From an uncultured Enterobacterales bacterium (GTDB taxonomy: Bacteria > Myxococcota_A > UBA796 > UBA2385), in contig CAZCUX010000029.1 of the NCBI GenBank assembly GCA_964502005.1, positions 1 through 32,467 on the forward strand: a DNA stretch of 32,467 bases, in the 5' to 3' direction. The translations under genes were made by a program, and so were the position numbers. Positions 1 to 8,339 of this stretch are shown in pieces. Below the pieces are notes generated by a model. It was not told where the DNA came from. It saw nothing but the letters and a program-made list of their open reading frames with translations, and searched no databases. Every line of letters begins with the position of its first letter. Within the stretch, counting starts at the first letter, position 1.

Positions 1-369
1 GTCGAGCGACGCCCGCCAGCCAAGGGCGCTCCGCTCGACGCGCACGCCATCCGGCCCCATTGCGGGCTGGCCGGTGGTCCCGCCGGTGCGCGCCCACGCC
101 AACATATGCGCGGGGGTTCCATCGGATTCTGCGACCACGCGAAGGGTGAAAGGCGAGGCGGGAGCCATGGTCGCGTGTGTTGCACTTCTGCCGGGAAGCA
201 AGACGGTCAGTCGCACAACGCCGTGGGAAGCCGGGAACCGAAACTGCGCACGCCGCCCATCTTCCCGCGCATCGACAGCCAGCAGGGCGCCGCCCAGCAA
301 CACCACTGCGCGCACGACCTGTCCCAAGACGACCATTTCATCGGCATAGTTGATGTCTGCAGCAGACAT
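1..369 (-). CDS. Hypothetical protein, 5' part only (gene continues beyond window start). Absent from the ORF track because no stop lies in the window
   Basis: ATG at 369 (minus) preceded by AGGAGA (376-381) with a 6-nt spacer. Open frame to position 1: MSAADINYADEMVVLGQVVRAVVLLGG... Lies 15 nt downstream of the stop of the 385..1515 gene, so operon-like. Confidence 0.35.
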   Translation of the reverse strand, partial: MSAADINYADEMVVLGQVVRAVVLLGGALLAVDAREDGRRAQFRFPASHGVVRLTVLLPGRSATHATMAPASPFTLRVVAESDGTPAHMLAWARTGGTTGQPAMGPDGVRVERSALGWRASLD

Positions 370-384
370 AGCGCGTCTCCTGGG

Positions 385-1515
385 TCAGCCAAAGCGGGTG
401 CGTACCGTGCGTTGAAGCGCATCGATACAGGCATCGAGGTGCTCCAGAAGGCGCTGGGGGTCGGAAGACCAATCGGGGCGCACATATTCATCGAGGTGCC
501 ACAGCAGCTTTACCTGGGCCACGACCCGTTGTGTCGCCATATCGCCGTCGAAGCGAATCACGCCGGCGCGGTCGTCCGCGAAGATGTCGTCGCTGCGCTC
601 GTCTTGGAGAACGCGCCAAACATCCCCAAACGAACGCACCCGCAGCGCAACCCCCACAACCACGCTTGCCAGAGGGCCTTCTTGCCCCGTAAGGTGGGTA
701 ATGCGAACAAACACGCGCACGTCGGCGGGATTGCGAAAGCGCAAAAAGTGGTGGACACCGTCGCTCGAAAGGTCCGTCAGCTCGTAGGAATCGTTGAGGA
801 GAGCGGCCACAACGGTGCCCACAAACACATCGTCGATTTTGGCAGAAAACGCGAAGTCGTCGCGCATTGCCCATGTTTCCCGCAGCAACCCACAAAACAC
901 CTCGTCACGGCGCTGCGCTCCTTCGGATGGAGGCGCTTCGGTGTGGGCGACAACGGGCTCAGGCTCGTCCACAAAGCCCACTTCGGTATCCGAGGGCACG
1001 AGCGCGTCGGCGTTGGGAGCGTCTGCCACCCAGCCGCTCGGCGTCTCGTCGGGAACCCAGGTGCCCGACGGTTCGGCCGACTCCACCAAAATCCCCATGT
1101 CCAGATGATTCTTCGGGAGGTCGTCATCCAACAGGAGGTCGATGGAGTCGTCCACCATCGAGGACCGCGCCGCGTCCGGCGCCATGGTTCGCCCTGTGGG
1201 GCCCGTCCACGGTTCCGGTCCGGCGCCGGGCAATGTCACGAGCACATCCGACAAGCCAACCGGAGGCGGGCCTTCGTCCAACAGCCCCTCGATGAGCTCG
1301 GGATGATGCCGAAGCTCTCGCCACTCCGGCATTCCCGAGTACCAAAAGAGGTCGTCGGGCAGGACTTCGTCCCGGTCCATTCGCCGCGCGATGTCCAACC
1401 GCGAAATGGCGCCCATCGACCCCACCAACCGCGTGTGAACGTGGACGACGGCGCTATCGGGAGGGGGAAGAGGAGGTAAGGAAGACGACATCGGAACCGC
1501 TGGGTAGAGGCGCAA
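385..1515 (-). CDS. Hypothetical acidic (D/E-rich) protein, function unknown. Last gene of the SQR operon
   Basis: 376-aa ORF with protein-like composition, whereas the antisense ORF 106..1479(+) is H/R/C-rich junk. Alternative start at ATG 1491 (MSSSLPP...). No family recognised by eye. Confidence 0.55.
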   Translation of the reverse strand: MRLYPAVPMSSSLPPLPPPDSAVVHVHTRLVGSMGAISRLDIARRMDRDEVLPDDLFWYSGMPEWRELRHHPELIEGLLDEGPPPVGLSDVLVTLPGAGPEPWTGPTGRTMAPDAARSSMVDDSIDLLLDDDLPKNHLDMGILVESAEPSGTWVPDETPSGWVADAPNADALVPSDTEVGFVDEPEPVVAHTEAPPSEGAQRRDEVFCGLLRETWAMRDDFAFSAKIDDVFVGTVVAALLNDSYELTDLSSDGVHHFLRFRNPADVRVFVRITHLTGQEGPLASVVVGVALRVRSFGDVWRVLQDERSDDIFADDRAGVIRFDGDMATQRVVAQVKLLWHLDEYVRPDWSSDPQRLLEHLDACIDALQRTVRTRFG

Positions 1516-1610
1516 GTGTAGTCGCCGGCTTGGGAAATGGCGACTCCTTGGCGCGCCAATTGCTCCATTTTGGGCCGACCACCTGCGCCGATACCCCGCC
1601 TGCTTGGGTG

Positions 1611-2804
1611 CTACATCCGCCCGCGGAGCATCCCGTTCCAGTACATTTCCGGCAGACCGTAAGCCTTGAGCGCATACATCGAATACCGCTCCTGACTTTG
1701 GTCAAACGGAAACGACTCCGCTGGAACATTGTTGTAGTCGAACTCTGCGAGGATGAGCTTGCCAAATCCAGTGACCAAAGGACAGCTCGTATAGCCGTCG
1801 TAGATTTCCACCAACGGCTGTCCTGCGCGGAAAGACAATAGGTTTGCGGCGGTTACGGGCGCCTGCTTGCGAATCGCGGCGCCTGTCTTCGACGTAGGCA
1901 ACGACGAGCTATCCCCAAGACCAAACACGTTTGCATACCGCACATGCTGTGTGGTGCCCTTGTCGACGTCCACCCAACCACCTGCATTGCCAAGCGGGGA
2001 GCCCTTGAGCACATCGGGGGCAGACATGCGGGGAGTGACGTGAATGACGTCATACTTCATCGTCTGCTGTTCGCCGGTTTGGATGTGGGCAAACACGGCT
2101 TCTTTCCGGTCCGCCTTGATTTCCACCAAGTCGAGATTCCAGACGCGGTCGATGTTCTTGCGGTCTGCAACGCGGGTGAGAGCGTCGGCATACTTCTTGA
2201 CGGAGAAGATACCCGCCCCGCCCTTCACAAAAGAAATTCGGCTTCCGTCGCGGGTGCCATTACGCCGAAAGATTTCGTCGGCGAGAAACATAATCTTCAT
2301 GGGCGCGCCGCCGCACTTGATAGGAGTGTTGGGGTGCGTGAAGATAGCGTGGCCGCCTTTCGGGAACCGCTCAAGCTCCTTGACGGTTTGGTTGACGGTG
2401 TCGTAGCTATAGTTGCTGACAACGCCCGTTCCGGGCTTGCCAACGGACTCCTTGAGGCCGGGAGTGGCGGCCCAGTCCACCTGAATGCCGAGGGCGACGA
2501 CCAACTGGTCATAGGTCACTTCGCTGCCATCGGTGAGGGTGACGCGGTTGTTGTCCGGGTCGAAGCCCGCCACACCTTGTTGAATCCAGGTGCAGCCTTC
2601 GGGGATGAAGTCGGCTTGGTCGCGCTCGGAAATCGAACGGTCGAAGACACCGCCGCCCACCAAGGTCCAGATGGGCTGGTAGTAGTGCTTGGACGAGGGG
2701 TCGATGATGGCGATGTCCAAGGAGGGGTCAGCGTTGCGAAGACGTGCTGCAACCGTGATACCTGCAGTGCCGCCGCCTGCGATGACTACCGAATGATGGG
2801 CCAT
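1611..2804 (-). CDS. sqr: Sulfide:quinone oxidoreductase (type II SQR; FAD-dependent pyridine nucleotide-disulfide oxidoreductase)
   Basis: Rossmann motif VVIAGGGTAGI directly after MAHH. SQR-typical motifs HYYQP, CGGAPMK and GDSSSLPTSKTGAA. The track start at 2849 adds 15 non-conserved residues. ATG at 2804 has a GAGG Shine-Dalgarno 8-10 nt upstream and is the likelier start. Confidence 0.85.
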   Translation of the reverse strand: MAHHSVVIAGGGTAGITVAARLRNADPSLDIAIIDPSSKHYYQPIWTLVGGGVFDRSISERDQADFIPEGCTWIQQGVAGFDPDNNRVTLTDGSEVTYDQLVVALGIQVDWAATPGLKESVGKPGTGVVSNYSYDTVNQTVKELERFPKGGHAIFTHPNTPIKCGGAPMKIMFLADEIFRRNGTRDGSRISFVKGGAGIFSVKKYADALTRVADRKNIDRVWNLDLVEIKADRKEAVFAHIQTGEQQTMKYDVIHVTPRMSAPDVLKGSPLGNAGGWVDVDKGTTQHVRYANVFGLGDSSSLPTSKTGAAIRKQAPVTAANLLSFRAGQPLVEIYDGYTSCPLVTGFGKLILAEFDYNNVPAESFPFDQSQERYSMYALKAYGLPEMYWNGMLRGRM

Positions 2805-2874
2805 AAGAAACCTCGAGGGAAAAAGGAACACGAAAAGGGGAAGTCGCAAAAACGGAATGGTGATTCAGTGAAAC

Positions 2875-4236
2875 TCAGGTTCGTTCGAGTCGACGGCCAA
2901 ATGTTCGCGCAAACTCGACCGCGAAGCCCAGTGCACGCTGGACATCGGGATCGAAGACTGCCGTGAGGGCGCCAAACGCTCCGACCGGGGCCGGGTTTTG
3001 GATCCGCGTTTGCACGACCGCTTTGCTGGTTGAGCCCACGACATCCACCGCTTCCGCATCAAAGATGCCGGAGACGAGGAGGGTGTCGACGAGGCGGGTG
3101 AGGTCGGGACCACGGGCCGCGACCGTCTTGAGAAGCTTGATGATGACCGGGTCGGTGAGGGCCTCGGCGGCTTCTGCCAACAGGTGCGCCCGCTCGTCGA
3201 GGTCGATTCCGCGGGCGGTGATGCGGGCAGCAAGGCTGTCCAAGGTGTCGACGGCACCTGCGACCATTCCTGGCCCAACCTCGGCAATATCCGCCAGAGC
3301 GTTGAGTTGATGGCTGTTGTCCAATAGACGAGACAACGCAGCCAAGGTCTCTGGGCGTGTGGCACGGTCGAGCACGGGGAGCGCGGCAACAAGCCGTTGG
3401 TCCACATCGACTCCCGCTTGGTGAAGGCGCGCCATGACGCCGTCCAACGTGTCGACCGCACCAGCGAGCACACCGGGGGCTTGCTCTGCGAGGTCGGCGA
3501 GCTGGTGGAGCGCCTCGGGACGAGAAAGCAAGCGTTGCAGGCCCGCCAATGCTTCGGGACGAGTGGCCACTTCGGAAAGCGAGGCCAGCGCGGTGAGGCG
3601 GGTGTCGGGGTCGATGCCTGCGGACAACAGCCGCGCGGCCCAACCGTCGAGGGTGTCGACCGCACCTGCCACAGCACCGGGGATGTGGTCGAGTTGGTCG
3701 ACGAGCAAAGACACGTCCGCGGAGCGGTCCGCCAGGCGGACGAGCGTATCGAGCACGCCGGGACGCGAAACGGCCTCCGCGGCGGCCACCAAGGCCCCCA
3801 AACGCGCGTCTACATCGATGCCCGCAGCCTGCAACCGCGCGACCGCCCCATCGACCGTATCGACGACGCCTGCTGCCATTCCCGGCAGCGACGCGAGCAT
3901 TTCTAGCGACTGCTCGACATGGTCGACGCGCGCGACAAGGCGCTGCAGCCCTTGTGCGGTCGAAGGCGCCGTGAGGGTGCCGACAAGCGAGACTCCAGAG
4001 CGGACGTGCTCATCTACATCGACGCCATGTTCCGCGGCACGGGCTACCGCAGAGTCGACGGTGTCAGTGACGCCCGCCAACAGACCGGGCACTGCGGACG
4101 ATGCCGTCTGCAATGCGGAAACCTGGCCTTCCAAGCGGGCGAGGCGGCCGTCCATCGACTCCAACAACCTGAGGATGTGCAGCATGACAGGGTCCTTTGA
4201 TGGACCTGTCGCTACTTCCGATTCTTGACTTGCCAT
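2875..4236 (-). CDS. DUF1641-like protein made of five tandem ~68-aa repeats, typically encoded next to SQR or NADH-dehydrogenase-like genes
   Basis: Repeat consensus PGxxAGxVDTxDxxxARxxxxGxDxDxRLxxLxxxxExxxRPExLxxLxRLL occurs five times. A DUF1641-type gene next to an SQR is a common arrangement. Likely start is ATG 4236 (MASQESEV...) with GGGAGA upstream. The track start at 4308 is probably too long. Confidence 0.7.
   Translation of the reverse strand: MASQESEVATGPSKDPVMLHILRLLESMDGRLARLEGQVSALQTASSAVPGLLAGVTDTVDSAVARAAEHGVDVDEHVRSGVSLVGTLTAPSTAQGLQRLVARVDHVEQSLEMLASLPGMAAGVVDTVDGAVARLQAAGIDVDARLGALVAAAEAVSRPGVLDTLVRLADRSADVSLLVDQLDHIPGAVAGAVDTLDGWAARLLSAGIDPDTRLTALASLSEVATRPEALAGLQRLLSRPEALHQLADLAEQAPGVLAGAVDTLDGVMARLHQAGVDVDQRLVAALPVLDRATRPETLAALSRLLDNSHQLNALADIAEVGPGMVAGAVDTLDSLAARITARGIDLDERAHLLAEAAEALTDPVIIKLLKTVAARGPDLTRLVDTLLVSGIFDAEAVDVVGSTSKAVVQTRIQNPAPVGAFGALTAVFDPDVQRALGFAVEFARTFGRRLERT
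3070..4089 (-). repeat. Five in-frame tandem repeats of 204 nt (68 codons) inside the DUF1641-like CDS
   Basis: Translation shows five consecutive 68-aa units, each starting with PG[LMAV][LAV]AG[VA][TV]DT[VL]D. Confidence 0.7.
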
Positions 4237-4522
4237 ACGGTCTCCCAAAACGCGGTCCCGTTCTACAACGTGGTTGCATGCAAAAAGCGCGCCACATAAT
4301 CGTAACAAAATGAAATTGTGAGAACATCCAATATACCTATGTTTTCGACCACTTGTACACTCGCCGCTTTGTTGCGTTTGTCCACAGATGATTCACAAGC
4401 TGAACCACTGACACACAATGAATCATGGTTCACAATATAGTTTCAATGAAACATGTAGTATTATTCGACCGAGAACGTCCACAATAACTTAGTATTGACC
4501 CCAAACTTTTTTCCCAAGAAGC

Positions 4523-4551
4523 AAAAAACCCCACAAAAAGTGGGGTTGTTT
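4523..4551 (-). terminator. Rho-independent terminator downstream of the TPR gene
   Basis: Minus-strand reading: stem CCCCAC / GTGGGG with a TTTTT loop, followed by TTTTTT. Lies about 40 nt after the stop at 4585. Confidence 0.6.
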
Positions 4552-4584
4552 CAAGACTTCCTTGCACAACACAAACGGAGCCGG

Positions 4585-5886
4585 TCAACCACCGGGCGAT
4601 GTCGGGGGCGGTGCGGGCGGTGCAGGCGGTGCCTCGGCCTGTTTCTCGGCCATCTTGTCGAGACGAGACTTCGCGCGGTCGAGCTTGGCCACTTTCCAAG
4701 CCTCGCGAAATGCCGCTTCGGCGCCCGCGGTGTCTTTTTTGCGAATCAGCGCAAGCCCTTTGTAATACAACGCGATTCCACGGTCTTGTTTGTCGAGGTC
4801 GGTGTAGGCGAGGTAGCTGTCGAAAGAAGCGATGGCTTCGTCGACCTTGTCCCAACGAAGGTACAATCGCGCGAGATAATAGTGGGCGCGTCTGTTCTTT
4901 GGGTCCGTCTTGAGGACGTGCAAAAGAGTCTTTTCCGACTCCGCGTACATGTTGTTGTACATTTGTACGCGCGCCAACACCTGATTGTTGATGATGTTGT
5001 TGGGGTACCGTTTTTGGTTGCGAAGCGCGCTCTTCAGTGCTTCCTTTTTGGCGCCCTCTTCAATCCAGGTAAACGTGAGCGCGAGCGTAGCGGCGGGCGC
5101 CAAAAAGATGCCCTGGGACTCCACACGACGCATGTCGGCGATTCCATCCACGCGCTTGTCACCCATGTCCGGCAGCGCTTTCGTGGACTTGGACACCACC
5201 GTGACCCAGTAGTTGAACAAGCCATCGCCCATTCGAATGTCGGCGAAGTCGGGCGCAAGCTCCTTCACCCGCTCGACCATCTTCATGGCTTCGTAGCCGC
5301 GAGAGAGCGCCTTCATCCACTCTTCACGGCGCATGGTGTGGATGCTGTCGATACCCAGCACACCAGCCATCAAAAAGTACTCCCAGGCTTCGTTTCCGGG
5401 AAGCTCCATCGCTGCTTGCAACTCTGCCTGGGACTTCCGCAGGGCGGTGAGGTACTGCACTTCGAAGCGAAAGTCGAAGTTTTCGAGCATCAGCGCCTGC
5501 CAGACCAGCACTTCGCCCACAGGGCCGATGCCCCAGCCGGGATACGACTCCCCCAAGGCCGCGAACTGCGCCCGCGCACCCTTATAGTCCCGCAGATAAA
5601 TCAAGTGCAGGCCGTGACGGGCATCGTGGGTAAACTTGGGGTCGAGGTTGAGCACCTTTTGGGCGACATACGCCTCGGGCTCATATTGCTGCCCGGCATA
5701 AGAGCGGACCAACACATCCCACTCCGCCTGCCCTGGCGGTTCACCCGCCGCTTCGAGCAGGGGCTCCAAACGCCGAACTTTGTTCGCCACTACTTGGTCG
5801 GCGTTGGCGTCGTCATCTGCGGCGGCAGGTGACACAACCGAAAAAAGGCCAAGCAAGGCGACAATAGCGAAAGTCCAGCGTTTCAT
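4585..5886 (-). CDS. Secreted TPR-repeat protein
   Basis: N-terminal signal peptide MKRWTFAIVALLGLFSVVSPAAA. Multiple TPR-like helical repeats (AHYYLARLYLRWDKVDEAIASFD..., YYKGLALIRKKDTAGAEAAF). Starts 8 nt after the gshB stop. Confidence 0.7.
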   Translation of the reverse strand: MKRWTFAIVALLGLFSVVSPAAADDDANADQVVANKVRRLEPLLEAAGEPPGQAEWDVLVRSYAGQQYEPEAYVAQKVLNLDPKFTHDARHGLHLIYLRDYKGARAQFAALGESYPGWGIGPVGEVLVWQALMLENFDFRFEVQYLTALRKSQAELQAAMELPGNEAWEYFLMAGVLGIDSIHTMRREEWMKALSRGYEAMKMVERVKELAPDFADIRMGDGLFNYWVTVVSKSTKALPDMGDKRVDGIADMRRVESQGIFLAPAATLALTFTWIEEGAKKEALKSALRNQKRYPNNIINNQVLARVQMYNNMYAESEKTLLHVLKTDPKNRRAHYYLARLYLRWDKVDEAIASFDSYLAYTDLDKQDRGIALYYKGLALIRKKDTAGAEAAFREAWKVAKLDRAKSRLDKMAEKQAEAPPAPPAPPPTSPGG

Positions 5887-5894
5887 GACGCACC

Positions 5895-6905
5895 CTATTG
5901 GGGTTGGATGGCGTTGAGGCGCCGAACGACGGCATCGGTGACGGTACGTTCGAGCGTAGTGCCCATCAATGCGTTGATTTCTTGAATGCCGGTGGGGCTC
6001 GTGACGTTGATTTCGGTGAGGTAGTCGCCAATCATGTCAATTCCCACAAACAACAGACCCATTTCTCGTAGCCGGGGACCGAGCGCCGCGCATACTGCTT
6101 GGTCGCGTTCGGTCAACGCGCACGCTTCTACCGTGGCGCCCACATGCATATTGCCACGGTGGTCGCCCGGTTGGGGAACCCGAAGCATCCAGCCGAGTGG
6201 TTCACCATCCACCAGGATGATTCGCTTGTCGCCTTTGGAAATCTCGGGAATGTAGTGCTGGGCGATGACATAGGCGCGCTCCTCCTGGGTGAGAATCTCC
6301 GCCATCGACCGGAGGTTGGGGTCACCGGCACGGCTGACCAAAACCCCGCGACCGCCATTTCCGTCCCACGGCTTCAACACGATACGCTCGGGTGCATCCT
6401 GGGCAAACCGCAGTACCCGTGCGACTTCTCGCGTAATAAGCGTAGGCGTGATGAACTCCGAAAATTGCAACGTAAAGAGCTTTTCGCTCGCGTTTCGGAT
6501 GCTGGCGGGATGGTTCAGCACAAGCGTGGTGGGGGGCACCGCGTCGAGCAGGTAGGTCGAAAAGACGTAGTGCATGTCGAAGGGTGGGTCTTTTCGCATC
6601 CAGATGACAGAAAAGGCGTCTAGTCCTTTGTCGACGGGACCAGAGACCACGAAGTTGGGCGCATCCCGCGACACTTGGACTTGGTATACGCGGCCGTGGG
6701 CCAAGCCGCCGACGGTGTAGAGGTCTCCGGGGGTACACATCCAGACGTCAAAGCCCCGGCGCTGGGCTTCGAGCATCAGCATAAAGGTCGAGTCGCCGTT
6801 GACGTTGATGCGATCGAGGGGGTCCATCACAAACAACGTAGGACAACGCGGCGGAACCGAAGGGGCAAGCTCGACAACAGACGACACGGTAACTCCCAAG
6901 GACAT
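5895..6905 (-). CDS. gshB: Glutathione synthetase (ATP-grasp)
   Basis: Strong full-length similarity to prokaryotic GshB: VMDPLDRIN, MLEAQRRG, WMRKDPPFD, EKLFTLQFSE, LKPWDGNGG, GDPNL, VDGEPLG, RGN, FVGIDMIGDYLTEINVTSPTGIQEI. Confidence 0.85.
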   Translation of the reverse strand: MSLGVTVSSVVELAPSVPPRCPTLFVMDPLDRINVNGDSTFMLMLEAQRRGFDVWMCTPGDLYTVGGLAHGRVYQVQVSRDAPNFVVSGPVDKGLDAFSVIWMRKDPPFDMHYVFSTYLLDAVPPTTLVLNHPASIRNASEKLFTLQFSEFITPTLITREVARVLRFAQDAPERIVLKPWDGNGGRGVLVSRAGDPNLRSMAEILTQEERAYVIAQHYIPEISKGDKRIILVDGEPLGWMLRVPQPGDHRGNMHVGATVEACALTERDQAVCAALGPRLREMGLLFVGIDMIGDYLTEINVTSPTGIQEINALMGTTLERTVTDAVVRRLNAIQPQ

Positions 6906-6980
6906 CAGCGGAGACGCTTCGCCAACCCCACTATCCCAGCACCCATCGCCAATGGAACAAACGTGCGCGCGATTGCCGCC

Positions 6981-8339
6981 TCATTTGCCGATACAAAACC
7001 GTGAAAACAGGCGGTCGAGGATGTCTTCGCGGACATCGTCTCCCCGCAATGCACCGAGACGTTCGAGGGCCGCGGTTACTTCTTCGGCGGCCACGACGGG
7101 GCCAACGAAGCCATCGAGCGCATCGGCAGCTTCGCTGACATGTGCCGCCACACGCACCAATAGGTCGTGCTGCCTTCGACTTCCGAGGACGGCTTCGCCA
7201 GCGGGGTCGACGCCCACCACCCATGCGCGGAGGGCGCTGCGCAATGCCTCGATTCCAGCGCCGGTGGTGCTGCTCACCCAATGGTCCGCGGCAGGCGGTG
7301 ATTCCGATGGTGCGCAGAGGTCGCGGTGCGTCGCGACCGCCCAGCCATCGCCAGGCGGAGCGTCACCGAGACCGGGATGAAACACACGAAGCTGGAGGTC
7401 GGCGGAGGCGGCGAGGCGCGCGCCGAGGGCGATTCCCGCCGCTTCAATCTGGTCGTCGGCCTGGCGCAGTCCCGCAGTGTCGACAAAGGTGACGGACACG
7501 CCGTCCCACTCTACCGTTCGCTCGACCGCATCGCGCGTGGTGCCAGGACGGGAGCTGACGAGGGCCCGCTCGCTGCCCACCAGTTGATTGAACAAGCTCG
7601 ACTTGCCGGCGTTGACGTCACCTACAAGGGCCACGACCGCGCCCTCAATACGACGACGAGCGGAGGTCCAGGTTCCGGCGAGGCGATGGAGGTCTTGGGC
7701 CAATGCGCGCAAAGCAGCCGATACATCGGCATCATCGGCCTCCCCCAAGCCTTCACCGGGATGGTCGAGGCGCGCTTCGAGCTCCGCGCCGAGGTCGAGC
7801 AAGCGATGGCGTAGATTGTCGACGACCAACGACAGCTCGCCATCCAAACCAGTGCGCGCCGCACGCACACCCCCCAGCGTGCGCGCACGAATCAGGGCAT
7901 CTACGCCTTCGGCTTGAAGAAGGTCGATACGTCCGCGGACCAAAGCACGTCGCGTAAACTCACCTGGGTCTGCCGGACGCGCGCCCAATGCAACGCAACG
8001 GTCGATGATTGCATCGACCACCACGGGATTCCCGTGACAGGCAATCTCAACGACCGTCTCCCCGGTGTAGCTGCGCGGGCCCGGCATCCAGACGACCAAT
8101 GCTTCGTCGAGTACGCCGTCTTCGCCGCGACAAACGCGAACCGAAGCCCGGCGTGCGACCCACGGTGGACCGCCCGGACACAGCCGCGCCACAACGGCTT
8201 GGGCCGCTGGGCCACTGAGCCGAATCAGCGAGACAGCGCCGCGCCCAGCCGGTGAGGCGGACGCGACGATGGTGTCTTGGTCGCGGGCAGACACGTAGAC
8301 GGGCCTATGCCTATTCTTCGCCGCGACCGCCACCGCCAC
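6981..8339 (-). CDS. mnmE: tRNA modification GTPase MnmE (TrmE)
   Basis: DTIVA...SPAGRGAVSLIRLSG N-domain. GEFTRRA...GRIDLLQAEGV. G1 motif GDVNAGKSSLFN. DTAG. Diagnostic C-terminal FCIGK. The start is uncertain: ATG 8339 overlaps jag by 29 nt, and GTG 8294 would remove the overlap. Confidence 0.9.
   Translation of the reverse strand: MAVAVAAKNRHRPVYVSARDQDTIVASASPAGRGAVSLIRLSGPAAQAVVARLCPGGPPWVARRASVRVCRGEDGVLDEALVVWMPGPRSYTGETVVEIACHGNPVVVDAIIDRCVALGARPADPGEFTRRALVRGRIDLLQAEGVDALIRARTLGGVRAARTGLDGELSLVVDNLRHRLLDLGAELEARLDHPGEGLGEADDADVSAALRALAQDLHRLAGTWTSARRRIEGAVVALVGDVNAGKSSLFNQLVGSERALVSSRPGTTRDAVERTVEWDGVSVTFVDTAGLRQADDQIEAAGIALGARLAASADLQLRVFHPGLGDAPPGDGWAVATHRDLCAPSESPPAADHWVSSTTGAGIEALRSALRAWVVGVDPAGEAVLGSRRQHDLLVRVAAHVSEAADALDGFVGPVVAAEEVTAALERLGALRGDDVREDILDRLFSRFCIGK

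Noticed and set aside
106-1479. 457-aa plus-strand ORF
   Set aside because: Antisense to the acidic hypothetical gene. H/R/C/Q-rich composition typical of out-of-frame high-GC DNA. No motifs.
1944-2966. 340-aa plus-strand ORF
   Set aside because: Fully antisense to the well-supported SQR gene. G/A/V/D-rich mirror-image composition.
2865-3677. 270-aa and 194-aa minus-strand ORFs in alternative frames of the DUF1641-like gene, plus plus-strand ORFs 3397..3906 and 3434..4228
   Set aside because: Alternative-frame or antisense readings of the repeat region. P/S/T/R-rich with no domain features. The repeat structure itself inflates the ORF count.
4495-5832. 445-aa plus-strand ORF
   Set aside because: Antisense to the TPR gene, which has a signal peptide, TPR repeats and a downstream terminator.
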